Shown: positions 20,944-31,008, numbered from the stretch's first letter. The stretch: DNA of 64,000 nucleotides from Trueperaceae bacterium (GCA_965215565.1 CBDCDZ010000004.1:2944001-3008000), one strand, 5' to 3'. The notes: generated by a model not told the origin, from the letters alone. Program-made: numbers and translations.

Positions 20944-21819
20944 TTACGCTTCACTTGGGCGCATCGCGTGCTCATCCGGCTCAATGCCCGAGCCGAAGCG
21001 CCGCCCGTAAACCTGTGTGAACTCCGCGCCGAAGAGCAAGATTTGCGCAGAGTAGTAAATCCAGAGGAGCAACACGATCAAGGAGCCCGCCGCGCCGTAC
21101 GTCGAAGCAGTTGAGCTGCTGCTGATGTAAAAGCTGATGGCGAACCTGCCGAGTCCGAACAGCAGCGCGGTCACGAACGCGCCCACCCACACGTCACCCC
21201 ACGCCACCTTCACGTCAGGCAGGTATTTGAAGATCAGCGCAAACAGCAGCGCGATGACAAAGAGCGAGAGGGCGAAATTGAGAATCTGCCAGAGGACCGC
21301 CCCGCCCGGCAGGTTGCTGCTCAAAAAACCGCCGAACGCATTGAGGAGCGAGCTGAGCACGAGCGAAACGAGCAACAAAAAGCCGATAACGAGCACCAGA
21401 CCGAGCGCCGTCGCCCGGATTTTCACCATGTGCAAGATGCCCGTGTCGGGCTTCGGCTCGACTTCCCAAATTTGGTTCAAAGCGCTCTGAAGCTGCGCAA
21501 AGACGCCCGTCGCGCCCACCGCCAGCGTCGCGAAACCGATGATGGTGGCGATGATGCCCGAGCTTTGCCCACCCTGGTTGCTGATCATCGTCTGCACAAT
21601 GCCCGCCGCCTGCGGCCCGACGGTCTGCTCGATCTGGCTTAGAAGCGTCTGCTGCGCTTCCGCTCCGCTAAAGACGAGGCTCGCAATCGAGATGACGAGC
21701 ACGAGCAGCGGCGCGAGCGCGAAGATCGTGTAGTACGCGAGCGCGGCGGCGAGCATCGACGCCTTGTCGTCGCTCCACTCCGACGCAGTCTGGGTGAGTA
21801 AGTTCCAAGTTGCTTTCAC
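20944..21819 (-). CDS. YihY/virulence factor BrkB family membrane protein (copy 2)
   Basis: Same motifs as the neighbouring paralog. Confidence 0.93.
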   Translation of the reverse strand: MKATWNLLTQTASEWSDDKASMLAAALAYYTIFALAPLLVLVISIASLVFSGAEAQQTLLSQIEQTVGPQAAGIVQTMISNQGGQSSGIIATIIGFATLAVGATGVFAQLQSALNQIWEVEPKPDTGILHMVKIRATALGLVLVIGFLLLVSLVLSSLLNAFGGFLSSNLPGGAVLWQILNFALSLFVIALLFALIFKYLPDVKVAWGDVWVGAFVTALLFGLGRFAISFYISSSSTASTYGAAGSLIVLLLWIYYSAQILLFGAEFTQVYGRRFGSGIEPDEHAMRPSEA

Positions 21820-21895
21820 GTATGACCCCCTTGTTCTTGGTGATGTTGTAGGCGATGTAACTCTTCAGTTCGAATATTGAGTGTGACTAAACACA

Positions 21896-22008
21896 TAGCA
21901 GGTATCATCTGGTTTGAGACAGTCTTCACTACACGAAGTAAACGTCTAGCACGCACATTTGACGATGATACCTGCGACATTCTGTCTCAGTGTATCGTGG
22001 AACTGCTG
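21896..22008 (+). repeat. Dispersed palindromic MITE-like repeat (copy E)
   Basis: TAGCAGGTATCATCTGGTTTGAG...AGCACGCACATT...GATGATACCTGCG...CTGTCTCAGTGTATCGTGGAACTGCT. Confidence 0.8.
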
Positions 22009-22094
22009 ACACATCCTCATGTTTATCGAAGCAAACTTCGTTTAGAAACACTAGGGGCGAGCACACAAGCTGAATCTCTCGTTCTTAATACTAG

Positions 22095-22562
22095 TCATGG
22101 CTGCAAGTTGCTAGGCGACACCGCCACCTCGAAGCGGCTCAGCAACTCGGTGGCTACGTTGCTCAGATTTTCCTTCCAGACGTCGCCATTCTCGAAGCGC
22201 ACGGCGTAGACAAAAGGGACGCTCGAGAACAGCTCATCCGCCCGCGTTTCCACAAAACTGTTTGTGAGCGCCGCACTTTCCCCTGGCGCTAGCGTGCTCA
22301 AGTCATCCGTCCAACGCACGTACTGCACCGCGATCACGTCGTTAAAGGCGTCGACCATTACCACACCTACCGCCACTCCTACAACTCGGTTTTCGCTCGT
22401 GTTCGTCATAGTGGCTGCAACTTCGACGCTGACCTCGCTCGTCGTTACAGAGAAAGCCTCGAGTCTGGCGGGAGCGCTCTGCGTGAGGGGCAAGACCTCT
22501 TGCGCCGCCGCGCCGCTCCACAGCCCGAGGGAGAGCAGTGCGAGGAGTATCCGCTCACTCAT
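22095..22562 (-). CDS. Secreted hypothetical protein
   Basis: Signal peptide (AAA-Q), beta-rich; overlaps the upstream stop codon. Confidence 0.7.
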   Translation of the reverse strand: MSERILLALLSLGLWSGAAAQEVLPLTQSAPARLEAFSVTTSEVSVEVAATMTNTSENRVVGVAVGVVMVDAFNDVIAVQYVRWTDDLSTLAPGESAALTNSFVETRADELFSSVPFVYAVRFENGDVWKENLSNVATELLSRFEVAVSPSNLQP

Positions 22563-23619
22563 CGTTAACCTCTTCGTTGTCGTCGACCTCGTCGTCGGGC
22601 GGCGCGTCCTTGTCGCTCTCTCTCCACACCTCGTCCCAGGTCCAGCCGTCCTTTTCCACGAGGGCCAGGAGCAGCTTGCGCCGCTCTTCGAACTGTTTGA
22701 TCATCTCTTGAAACTCCGCGTCGTCGACGGTCTGCAAGCCGTGTTCGCGCAGCGCGCTAGCCGACGGAACCTCCGGCGCTTCCTCGGCGGCGTTCATAAA
22801 AGCGACCTCGAGCGTCTCCAGGTACTCGCTGATGGTCTGCTGCAGAGGGAACATCTTCCGCGCGTTATCCTCGCATTTACCCGTCAATCCGTGCTCCAAG
22901 TAGCCCAGGGCTTGGTCGAGCGAGGCGATTTGCAAAGATGACGAGGTGCTGCGGCTGGTTGAGTGAAAGTAGTGGACGATGGGGTACGCCAGGTGCTGCT
23001 GGCTGGAGGTGCCGATCATCTCCATGAGGCTCGTCAGGTGTTCGGTCAGGTCGCTGCAATCCTCGCCGTCCCAGGAGCGCTTCAAGATATCGAAGGGCGA
23101 TTTGCCGAGGCTCGAGATGTAGAGCGCCATCGCCCGGTCCTGCACCGCCGCCGAGATGACTGAGAGTAGGTAGGTGATTGCTAAGGTCGCCAAAAAGAAG
23201 CCCGTCGAGGAGGCGACGACGGTGAGCACTTGCCACAGCGCCCCCTGCGGTTTGTAGTCACCTAAACCTAATGTGATAAGCGTATAGCCCGTGAAGTAGA
23301 GCCGCGCCCAAGGGTCAGCGGGCGTCCCGACCGGGCTCTCCACGACGGCGGGTAAGCTGGCGCTAAAGATCAGCGTCCAGCCGATGAGGAGCAGCACGCC
23401 CCAGGAGACGACCACACTGAGCAGCACCACCACGCTCATCCTCGAGAGCACCTGGTGCGACTTCGTGTAGCGGTGTAGCTGCAACGCGCCCCGCCATACG
23501 AAGCTGGAAATTCGCCCCGAAAAGATACCGCCGCCGCGCGGCAAGAGGGTGTTTTGGATGACGTCTAGTAGCGTGACGAGCACGATGACGATGCCTAAAA
23601 TACCTAATAAAATCTGCAT
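22555..23619 (-). CDS. Potassium channel family (Ion_trans_2-like) protein
   Basis: Pore helix/filter LYFTGYTLITLGLGD between TM segments; HLAYPIVHYFH. Confidence 0.8.
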   Translation of the reverse strand: MQILLGILGIVIVLVTLLDVIQNTLLPRGGGIFSGRISSFVWRGALQLHRYTKSHQVLSRMSVVVLLSVVVSWGVLLLIGWTLIFSASLPAVVESPVGTPADPWARLYFTGYTLITLGLGDYKPQGALWQVLTVVASSTGFFLATLAITYLLSVISAAVQDRAMALYISSLGKSPFDILKRSWDGEDCSDLTEHLTSLMEMIGTSSQQHLAYPIVHYFHSTSRSTSSSLQIASLDQALGYLEHGLTGKCEDNARKMFPLQQTISEYLETLEVAFMNAAEEAPEVPSASALREHGLQTVDDAEFQEMIKQFEERRKLLLALVEKDGWTWDEVWRESDKDAPPDDEVDDNEEVNDE

Positions 23620-23633
23620 AATCCTCTTTTCAC

Positions 23634-24911
23634 CTATTCTGGCAGCTCTAGGAGTTCCACGTTGATGAGCGGGGTGAAGTCGGAGAACTCCGCTTGCAAG
23701 CGTTGCACAACCCTCTTCTCGAGCTGCGTCTCCAGCACCTCATTCTCACCCGCTACGCCTGAACGCCGCTGCGCGTAAACCACGCCCAAGAGGGTCTCTT
23801 GACCGGGAATGTTCGAGCGTGTGAAGCTGGCACTGGTATTGATCGCGCGAGCCACATCGCCTGAGTCTACCGCTTGTCCCATCTGATAGGCGACGCGCTG
23901 GGCTAAGCTCGAGCGCACCAAGTCGGGCGAGCTGCTAAGTTGAAGCGTAAAGAGTGCGCCAACCGCTAAAGCAGAAACGCCCAAGTTGACAGGAAAGAGG
24001 GAGCGGTTGCCCCGCTCGAAGTAGGGCTCCTCCACCGAGATTTCGAAAAGCCGAAAGACGAGCGAACCCGCCAGGTTGATGCCGAAAAGCTGCAGCGTCA
24101 CGACGAAAAGTCCGCCCAGGACCATCTCCCAGCGCCCGAGCGCTAGCGCCATCCCCATCACGGCGGTGGGCGGCGCGAGCGACGCCGCGACGAGCATCCC
24201 CACCGCCGCGCCCGAGACCAAGCTGCTGTTGTCCGACTGCATGAGGCTTAGCGCCCCCGCGCCGCCCGCGATGAGCGGCAGAAGCACCGCCAGCGTAGAG
24301 ACCGAACTGATGTCCACCATCTGGCTCGTGACGGCCTGCTGTCCGAAGATGAGGCTCAAAAGCGCCGCCGCGCCCGCAATGATGAAAAGAGCAATCACGT
24401 AGCGCAGCAAGCTCCGCCGAAAGAGGTGCAGGTCGCCCCTCGCTGTCGCTAGCGCCGTGTTCGTAGCGGGTCCGGCTAGGGGTGCGATCAGCATAGCGGA
24501 AACGAGCAGGTATGTCGTATTGGTGTAGAGCCCAATCCAAGCGACTACGGCAGCGGTCACCGCGTAGCCGATAAAGCCCGTCCACGCGCCAATGCTCTGC
24601 AAGCCTGACAGAAAGACCTCGATGGGGCTGAGCGGCTGGATGTCTAAGACTTGCTGCGCGGCTCTGCCTGTAGGCGGGTGGAGGGGCAAAATGCCACTTG
24701 GCTGCAAGACGACGTGCAGGTTCGCAACCGACTTGAGTTCGCGCATGAGCCCTTCGACTTCGCGGTTGGAGACGTAGACGAAGACGAGGTCTAAGTCGAG
24801 CCCGCCCTTTTTCGCCTCGAGTACGCTCAAGTTCACCCCGCCGCGCTCCTCCGCCGCCGCAATCACTCGCTCGCCCTCACCTCTCGGCACGCGGAAGATG
24901 AGTTGCCTCAT
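23634..24911 (-). CDS. DUF389-like integral membrane protein
   Basis: SAMLIAPLAGP, GAAVGMLVAASLAPP, multiple TM segments. Confidence 0.8.
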   Translation of the reverse strand: MRQLIFRVPRGEGERVIAAAEERGGVNLSVLEAKKGGLDLDLVFVYVSNREVEGLMRELKSVANLHVVLQPSGILPLHPPTGRAAQQVLDIQPLSPIEVFLSGLQSIGAWTGFIGYAVTAAVVAWIGLYTNTTYLLVSAMLIAPLAGPATNTALATARGDLHLFRRSLLRYVIALFIIAGAAALLSLIFGQQAVTSQMVDISSVSTLAVLLPLIAGGAGALSLMQSDNSSLVSGAAVGMLVAASLAPPTAVMGMALALGRWEMVLGGLFVVTLQLFGINLAGSLVFRLFEISVEEPYFERGNRSLFPVNLGVSALAVGALFTLQLSSSPDLVRSSLAQRVAYQMGQAVDSGDVARAINTSASFTRSNIPGQETLLGVVYAQRRSGVAGENEVLETQLEKRVVQRLQAEFSDFTPLINVELLELPE

Positions 24912-25083
24912 GTAAGGGCGCGTCTAAGCGTGCGTTTGGTCGTTGTCTGTTCGCTCGATGTTGAACTGGTTGACGTCCTAACCCCAATTCTTCTCGCTTC
25001 TCCAAGTATCAAGCCCCACCCCTTTGCCTTTCCAGTCTCTCACGCTAAAAGCGAGACGTCAACGCCAAAAAGTTTGCAAAGAT

Positions 25084-25638
25084 TCATTTGACTACGCTGC
25101 TGCAGACGTGAGAAGAGGTTGACGAACTTGTCAACCTCTCGAGAAAACCACAGCTTAAAACTTTAGAACTGTAAGATGAATCTCTTTGACGGCTAGGGCG
25201 CTCTGAACTTCCTAAAAAGGTCTCGACGAGGCTGTACCCTTTGGGACTCTCTCCGGCCGTCTCGATAGTGAGGTCTTGCAAGGGTTCCGGGAGGCTGCCC
25301 GTCGTGAAGGATTCGGTGATGGAGCGCGCTTCGGTGTCCGCGCCGCTCACATGGGCGGTGATGTCGTAAGTCGTTTCGGGTAGCAGTCCGAGCACGGCGA
25401 TCTCTTGCGTACCCTCTTCAACCGGATAGGCGGGCGTTTCGCCCGCTGGCTCGCCCTCGGTTTCGTAGCGCACCGTCACCTCCGCGCCCTCAGAAGCGCC
25501 GAGCACCTCGAGCGAGATAAGCGCCGAGAGGACGCTGTGGGGGTTTTCGCGCACCTCGAGTGGCGACACGGTCTGCGCGCCGCCGAACTCTCCAACAATA
25601 AAAAGCAGCAAGACGCCGTAGAGATGAAGTTTTTTCAT
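25084..25638 (-). pseudogene. Truncated arylsulfotransferase-like gene (signal peptide plus N-terminal Ig-like domain only)
   Basis: NPHSVLSA...AVLGLLPETTY...FTTGSLP, then a Ser-rich low-GC tail and an early stop. Confidence 0.55.
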
Positions 25639-25699
25639 TTCTTCTCCTTCTACCCCGCCTGTCAGATTTTTTATTCCTGCTTAGAGGAGAGCTTATCTA

Positions 25700-25857
25700 T
25701 AGCAGTTCCAAGACATACTGAGACGGATGAGTGCAGACATCATCTCAGAATGTGCGTGCTGTAAGATGTTCTCAAAAGTGAGAGTGTTTCAAACCACCAT
25801 CGCTGCGCGAGTACTAACGTGAACCGAGCTTTGTGAGACAGACTTTGATACCTGCTA
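25700..25857 (-). repeat. Dispersed palindromic MITE-like repeat (copy F, both ends intact)
   Basis: TAGCAGTTCCAAGACATACTGAGAC...AATGTGCGTGCT...GATACCTGCTA. Confidence 0.8.
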
Positions 25858-25878
25858 CTAGTCTTGCTGTAACAAAAA

Positions 25879-25907
25879 TGAGAGAGGCGGACTAGCCGCC
25901 TCTCTCA
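25879..25907 (-). terminator. Intrinsic terminator after the yqaE-like gene
   Basis: TGAGAGAGGCGG-N5-CCGCCTCTCTCA with a T-run on the minus strand. Confidence 0.8.
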
Positions 25908-25926
25908 CACTTGCCTTCGTTTTTAT

Positions 25927-26085
25927 CTACTTTCTAGCAATGACCCAGACCGCGTGGACGATGCCGGGTACGAAGCCCAGAAGCGTCAGCAGAATGTTGA
26001 TCCAGAAGTGCTTACCCAAGCCAACCTCTAAGAAAACACCTAGAGGCGGTAGGATGATTGCGAAGATAATCTTGATGAGGTCCAT
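25927..26085 (-). CDS. yqaE: YqaE/Pmp3 family small membrane protein (52 aa; not in ORF track)
   Basis: Translated by hand: MDLIKIIFAIILPPLGVFLEVGLGKHFWINILLTLLGFVPGIVHAVWVIARK. Confidence 0.92.
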   Translation of the reverse strand: MDLIKIIFAIILPPLGVFLEVGLGKHFWINILLTLLGFVPGIVHAVWVIARK

Positions 26086-26089
26086 AGGA

Positions 26090-27100
26090 CTAGCTTACCC
26101 TATGTGCGTCCCTTTCGTCCTTGGGGCTACCGAACGCGCTACCCGCCGCCGCGACACCCGCCCCTACGAGCAAGACGAAGAACGCGGTGATCGCGGCTGT
26201 GCCTACAGCGTTCGCGGCATTTTGAGCGAACTGCGAAGCCTGCTGCTGCGCCTGGTCAAGCTGCTGCTGCGCATTTTGCGAGAACTGATTCACCTGCGTG
26301 CGAATCTCTTGATCGCTCAGTTCGGAGCGCCGCGCCAGGATATTGGTGAATTCCTCTCGCGCCGCTGGCGAGGTCAGTTGTTCGCCCGACTGAACGCGGT
26401 TCACAGCAGCCCGAACGAGCTGCTGGCTCGCCTGCCCGGGGTTCTGTACGCCCGCCCTGGTGAAGAGGTCTTGCGCCTCCTGCTGGACGTTGTTGAGACC
26501 GGGAATCTGATTGAGTGCGTTGGTGATACCTTGAGGCGAGTTGGGCGCTGCGCTCGCCGCGCTGCTGATGCCTGACGTCGCCGCGCTGAATGCGGAACCA
26601 ACCGTGCTCGTCACACCGCTCAGCACGGAGCCAATTACCGTCGTACTCAGATAGAACGTGAACAGCGTCAGCACCGCCCAGGTAAGGATGCCGTGCATGA
26701 GCCCCGGAAAGGTGCGCGGCGTGCCCGCGAGTTTGCCCGCAACGTAGCCGCCCAAAAAAAGCCCGACTAAGTTACTTATAACTGTAGCGACGAGCGTACC
26801 GATAGGCAGACCGCCGAACGGATTCTGCTCGCTTGCCGGGTTGATCGTCGAAATACCAATGCCGTAAAAGAGCAAGTTAAGCAGAACAATCGTAAGGAGC
26901 GCGGTTAGAACGCCTGCAAAGACAGCGCCCCACGAGATACGCCTGACGGGTCTGCCGTCATGGTCATTTCTGTCGTAGTTGTCTCTAACCGTGCGGTCCC
27001 TATCAACGACGCGGTCTCGGTCGTAGGTTCTGTCCCTATCTGTGCCGCGCGAATCGGATTCGACAACGACGCGCTCGTCGGTTCTTTTATTGTCTGCCAT
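26090..27100 (-). CDS. Membrane protein with RISWGAVFAG motif and Gln-rich helical loop
   Basis: About 4 TM segments, DR-rich N-terminus, AGGAG RBS. Confidence 0.8.
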   Translation of the reverse strand: MADNKRTDERVVVESDSRGTDRDRTYDRDRVVDRDRTVRDNYDRNDHDGRPVRRISWGAVFAGVLTALLTIVLLNLLFYGIGISTINPASEQNPFGGLPIGTLVATVISNLVGLFLGGYVAGKLAGTPRTFPGLMHGILTWAVLTLFTFYLSTTVIGSVLSGVTSTVGSAFSAATSGISSAASAAPNSPQGITNALNQIPGLNNVQQEAQDLFTRAGVQNPGQASQQLVRAAVNRVQSGEQLTSPAAREEFTNILARRSELSDQEIRTQVNQFSQNAQQQLDQAQQQASQFAQNAANAVGTAAITAFFVLLVGAGVAAAGSAFGSPKDERDAHRVS

Positions 27101-27144
27101 AAAGTTCTCCTAAACTTTGGGTTCTCGTTTTCTAAGTCAGATGA

Positions 27145-27172
27145 AGAGCTGGAGAAGCGTTTCTCCAGCTCT
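27145..27172. terminator. Intergenic hairpin
   Basis: AGAGCTGGAGAA-N4-TTCTCCAGCTCT. Confidence 0.5.
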
Positions 27173-27189
27173 GGTGTTCGCAAAGGTGT

Positions 27190-28191
27190 TTAGCGGCCGC
27201 GAGTTTGGTTGTACGAGTAGCGGATGGAGTCGCGGTAGTTGTCCCAGGAGCCTTCGTTACGCTTCTCCCAGTCGCGGCGCAAGTCGTCCTCGACCTCATT
27301 AAACTCGCGACCTTCATAGCGTGAGTCGTTCGCAGACGTGTAGCCGTAGCGGTAGGCGGGCTCAGCTTGCTCGTAGGTGCCGTCGTCCGCCGAAGCGTTT
27401 CCAAAGTGCTCTCTAAAGTCCGAATCATACGAACGGAAGTCGTCGTCGCGGTTTCTGTCCGCGCCGACCTCTTCAACGTCTACCTCGGTGCGGCGCACGG
27501 TGTCGCGGATCGTCTCGGTATGCTCGGTGACCTCTTTACCGACGCGAATCTCCTCGGTGACGCGCGTCTCCTTATCCACCACCGCCTCTTCGTCGGTCTC
27601 GGTCACTTCGATGGTGCGCTCTTGAAACAAATCACCGTCCGCGCTGCTGACTTTGCGGTCGACGCGCTCGCGCTCCACGTTGACCTCTTCGTCGCGCAAG
27701 GTCACGTCTTCGGAGACCTCTTCTTCGACAACGCGGCTACGTACGCGCACGCCGCCGCGCTCGACGCGGCGCTTACCGACGCGCAGCCGCTCCTCGGCAA
27801 CTTCGATGGTGTCGTCATCTGTCGTGCTCGAGCCCGTCGTGCGCGTATCGGCGCTCAGGTTAGCGTCTCTATCAATGTTGTCGTCGAAGTCGCGCCTGTC
27901 TTCGTAACCACCTTCGCCCGCGTAGCGGTTCATGATGTCGACGGCTTTGTCCGTGTCGCTGTCGTCCGCTCGGACGCTCACTAAGACGCCACCGTCGCGC
28001 AGCCCTTCGACGTAGTAGTCGGCGTCGTCTTTAGGAATGCCCTCATTGGTAAGCTCTTCGTGCAAGCCCGAAGCGTCGCTCTCACGGTGCATGTCGATGG
28101 TGCTGCGGCTAAAACCGTTGTCAGTTAAGTCGTCGATCACACGCTCGGCGGTGCTCGTATCGCTGTAAAGCCCAATCACTGTATTTGCCAT
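27190..28191 (-). CDS. YsnF/AvaK (DUF2382) general stress protein
   Basis: EERLRVGKRRVERGGVRV, TLRDEEVNVER, VDKETRVTEEIRVGK, EPAYRYGY. Confidence 0.88.
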   Translation of the reverse strand: MANTVIGLYSDTSTAERVIDDLTDNGFSRSTIDMHRESDASGLHEELTNEGIPKDDADYYVEGLRDGGVLVSVRADDSDTDKAVDIMNRYAGEGGYEDRRDFDDNIDRDANLSADTRTTGSSTTDDDTIEVAEERLRVGKRRVERGGVRVRSRVVEEEVSEDVTLRDEEVNVERERVDRKVSSADGDLFQERTIEVTETDEEAVVDKETRVTEEIRVGKEVTEHTETIRDTVRRTEVDVEEVGADRNRDDDFRSYDSDFREHFGNASADDGTYEQAEPAYRYGYTSANDSRYEGREFNEVEDDLRRDWEKRNEGSWDNYRDSIRYSYNQTRGR

Positions 28192-28260
28192 GCTGTCTCC
28201 TTCAAGTAACTGCAGGTTGGTGTGTAAATTGGTGTGTATCTATCTGTGTTATTTCGTCTT

Positions 28261-28884
28261 CTACTCGCTTTCGGTGTGTCTCACCCCCTCATTGGGTTCC
28301 AAGCGCTCGACGGCGGCGCTCTCGCGGCGCAGCGTCACGCGCTGCGGCTCCCGCCTCTCTACGCGCTGCTTGGTCACGTGTAACTCCTCGGTAAGCACGA
28401 GGCGCTTCTCCACAACGAGCACCTCTTCGTAGAGCGGGATAATAGTTGTATCGCCTTCGGAGCGGATGGGCTCAGGCGCGTCCACAACTCTGTCCACTCG
28501 GACGCGCTGCACGTCAACTTCTTCACTAAAGAGCGGCTCGTCGACGACTCGCTCCTCTTCGTGAACCTCTTTCGTGACGCGCACCGTGGCTCCGTCCACC
28601 TTGCGCTTATGCACCCTCAGTTGCTCTTCAGCAACGGGAATCACTGTCTTGTTTAGGGACTCACGCGAGCTGTCCAAACCAGGTGGCGCGTCGGCTGAAG
28701 CCTCTAACTCGCTGAGCTTGAGCAGCAAGTAGTAGTCGCCGGTATGTTGCTTGACGAGCGCGTCCTCGGGCAAAGAGAATGTCTGACCGTCCTCTAAACG
28801 GATAAACTGCTGCCCCTCGCGCTGCGAGAGCAGTTCCGCTCTAGCGCGCCTCCCCTCTAAATCAGTGAGCGTGACGAAATCCAC
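28261..28884 (-). CDS. YsnF/AvaK (DUF2382) domain protein
   Basis: IPVAEEQLRVHKR, EEVLVVEKRLVLTEELHV, VTLRRE. Confidence 0.88.
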   Translation of the reverse strand: MDFVTLTDLEGRRARAELLSQREGQQFIRLEDGQTFSLPEDALVKQHTGDYYLLLKLSELEASADAPPGLDSSRESLNKTVIPVAEEQLRVHKRKVDGATVRVTKEVHEEERVVDEPLFSEEVDVQRVRVDRVVDAPEPIRSEGDTTIIPLYEEVLVVEKRLVLTEELHVTKQRVERREPQRVTLRRESAAVERLEPNEGVRHTESE

Positions 28885-28912
28885 GCTGCCCCCTTTCGCG
28901 TTAGAAGTAGCG

Positions 28913-29080
28913 CTAAAAGATGAGGATGAGTGCGATGATCACGACTGCTAGAATGATGAGCCCTATGACCCAGCTCGGAATTCCGCCGCTCTTCTGCTCG
29001 GCGGCGGGCTCGGTAACCGTGCTCGTCTTCGTTGCATCGTCGTAAACGCCCACTTTCGGTTTGTTCGGATCGTCTGCCAT
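28913..29080 (-). CDS. Small protein with C-terminal TM anchor (55 aa)
   Basis: MADDPNKPK...WVIGLIILAVVIIALILIF; AGGGGG RBS. Confidence 0.7.
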   Translation of the reverse strand: MADDPNKPKVGVYDDATKTSTVTEPAAEQKSGGIPSWVIGLIILAVVIIALILIF

Positions 29081-29464
29081 GGTGCCCCCTTCGGTTAAGG
29101 CGTACGCTCTTTTGCCCCACGTACTACTTAACGTTTTCCGTGCGAGACCTGCTGCGAAGTTCACCGCGTCTGCTCCGAACTTCGCAGGTCTCGATTTGTC
29201 TAATATGACACAAAGCCGAACAAATGAAGTGTAGGGTTTCATTCGGTAAAAAAAGACTAATTCTAGCTTTTGAAGACTAAATTTATATTATTTCTGCCGA
29301 ATTCAACCACGCTTGTTGGGTAGATTTCAAAAAAATTGTGGTATTGAATAGTACAGTGGGGTCGAGCTAGGGGTTGAACCAGATGGTCCAACCTAGTCCC
29401 TGCACTATCATTTATCTCTACTGCAAATGACCACAACGCTTTTGAGCTAGGGGAGCGATTCACA

Positions 29465-30940
29465 GTGACTCGAGTGCTACCGAACGTACCCAACATATCT
29501 GAGCCCAACATACCTGACGATTCTTACGGCGCGCTCATCGACGGCTTAGGCGAAGGCGTTTTGACGCTCACGCGAGAGGGAACCTTTCACTACGCCAACC
29601 ACGCCGCACTCGCTATGCACGGCGTCAAAGCGTTAGCCGACTTGGGTGGTGACGTCGCGGGCTACCGCGAGAGGTTCCGGCTCATCGACTTGGAGGACGT
29701 CCCGCTGCCCTCGGGCGGCTACCCGGCGGACAAACTTCTGCGCGGGGAGAGTTTGGAAGGGCTCGAGGCCAGCGTCTTCTCGAGCAACTCGGGCGAAGGG
29801 AGAGACTGGGTTCACCTCTACCGGGGCGTTCCGCTGAGCGAAGACCGGACCTACGCCGCCCTTTTCATCCAGAACGTTACCGCTAAACACGACGCTGAGC
29901 GCCGCTTCGAGCGGGCGTTCTCTTCGAACCCTGCGCCCGCTATCATCAGCCGCTTATCCGACTTACGCTACATCAAAGTGGACCGTAGCTTTTTAGAGAT
30001 GACGGGGTTCAAGCGCGAAGAGGTTGTCGGGCGCACCGCGTATGAGTTCGACGCTTTCGCAGGTGCCGAGGACCGCGAACGCCTCCTTGAGCGCTTTCAC
30101 AAGGGCGAAATGATCAAACCCGTCGAGTCCTACCTTACGGCGCAAGACGGCAACAAAAAGTTCGTCATCGTGGGCGGGCAGCCCCTGGAGATCAACGACG
30201 AGCCTTGTATGCTCCTGACATTCACTGACATCGACGAACGTAAGCGCATGGAGAACGCGCTGCGGCAGAGCGAGGAGCGCTTCTCCAAAACATTCAACTC
30301 CGCGCCCGTTGCCGCCGCGCTCAGCTTTTTGGGCGAAGACCGTTTTATGGACGTCAACAACGCCTTTAGGAAGCTCACGGGCTACGGCGACGAGGACGTA
30401 ATGGGTCGCACTGGCGCGGAGCTAGGGCTCTGGTCCAAGAGCAGCGAAGAGGTCATGGCGAAGGCTTTGGAGCAGCGCCGCAGCTACCGCGACGTGGAGA
30501 TCAGCTTCAGCACCAAAAAGGGCGACGAATACACCGTGCAGGTGAGCGCTGAAACGCTCATGGTTGACGAACAGGTGTGCGTGCTGCGCATGTTTCACGA
30601 CGTGTCCGACTGGAAGCGCACCGAGGCGGAACTCATCGACGCCATCGATCAGGTCATGGGCAACTCGAGCTGGTTTAGCACCTCTGTGGTGCAAAGGATC
30701 ATGGACACGCGCGGCAAGGTCTCGTCTGAAGCGAAGACCAAGCTCGCTCAGCTCACCAAGCGTGAGCAGCAGACGTTCACGCTCTCGGCGAGAGGGCTGG
30801 ACAACGACGCCATAGCCGGAGAGCTAAACGTCGCGAAAAACACGGTGCGCAACTACGTGGCGAGCCTGTACAAAAAGCTGGGGGTCCATTCGAGGGCGGA
30901 ACTCATGGTTTGGGCGAAGCGCAACGGAGTAGCGAGTTGA
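29465..30940 (+). CDS. Multi-PAS LuxR-family transcriptional regulator
   Basis: Three PAS-like repeats (YANHAA; FLEMTGFKREEVVGR; FRKLTGY..EDVMGR) and C-terminal LTKREQQ...TVRNYVASLYKKLGV. Confidence 0.9.
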   Translation: MTRVLPNVPNISEPNIPDDSYGALIDGLGEGVLTLTREGTFHYANHAALAMHGVKALADLGGDVAGYRERFRLIDLEDVPLPSGGYPADKLLRGESLEGLEASVFSSNSGEGRDWVHLYRGVPLSEDRTYAALFIQNVTAKHDAERRFERAFSSNPAPAIISRLSDLRYIKVDRSFLEMTGFKREEVVGRTAYEFDAFAGAEDRERLLERFHKGEMIKPVESYLTAQDGNKKFVIVGGQPLEINDEPCMLLTFTDIDERKRMENALRQSEERFSKTFNSAPVAAALSFLGEDRFMDVNNAFRKLTGYGDEDVMGRTGAELGLWSKSSEEVMAKALEQRRSYRDVEISFSTKKGDEYTVQVSAETLMVDEQVCVLRMFHDVSDWKRTEAELIDAIDQVMGNSSWFSTSVVQRIMDTRGKVSSEAKTKLAQLTKREQQTFTLSARGLDNDAIAGELNVAKNTVRNYVASLYKKLGVHSRAELMVWAKRNGVAS

Positions 30941-31008
30941 GCATGTGAGAAGCTGCGTAAAAAGAGCTGAGCAAAAGCTTTTCTATTCGTCCCTTCTAAA
31001 GCCAACAA

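Noticed and set aside
23250..23300. Non-canonical channel filter TLGLGD
   Set aside because: To my knowledge such variants are common in this bacterial channel-like family, so it is not distinctive by itself.
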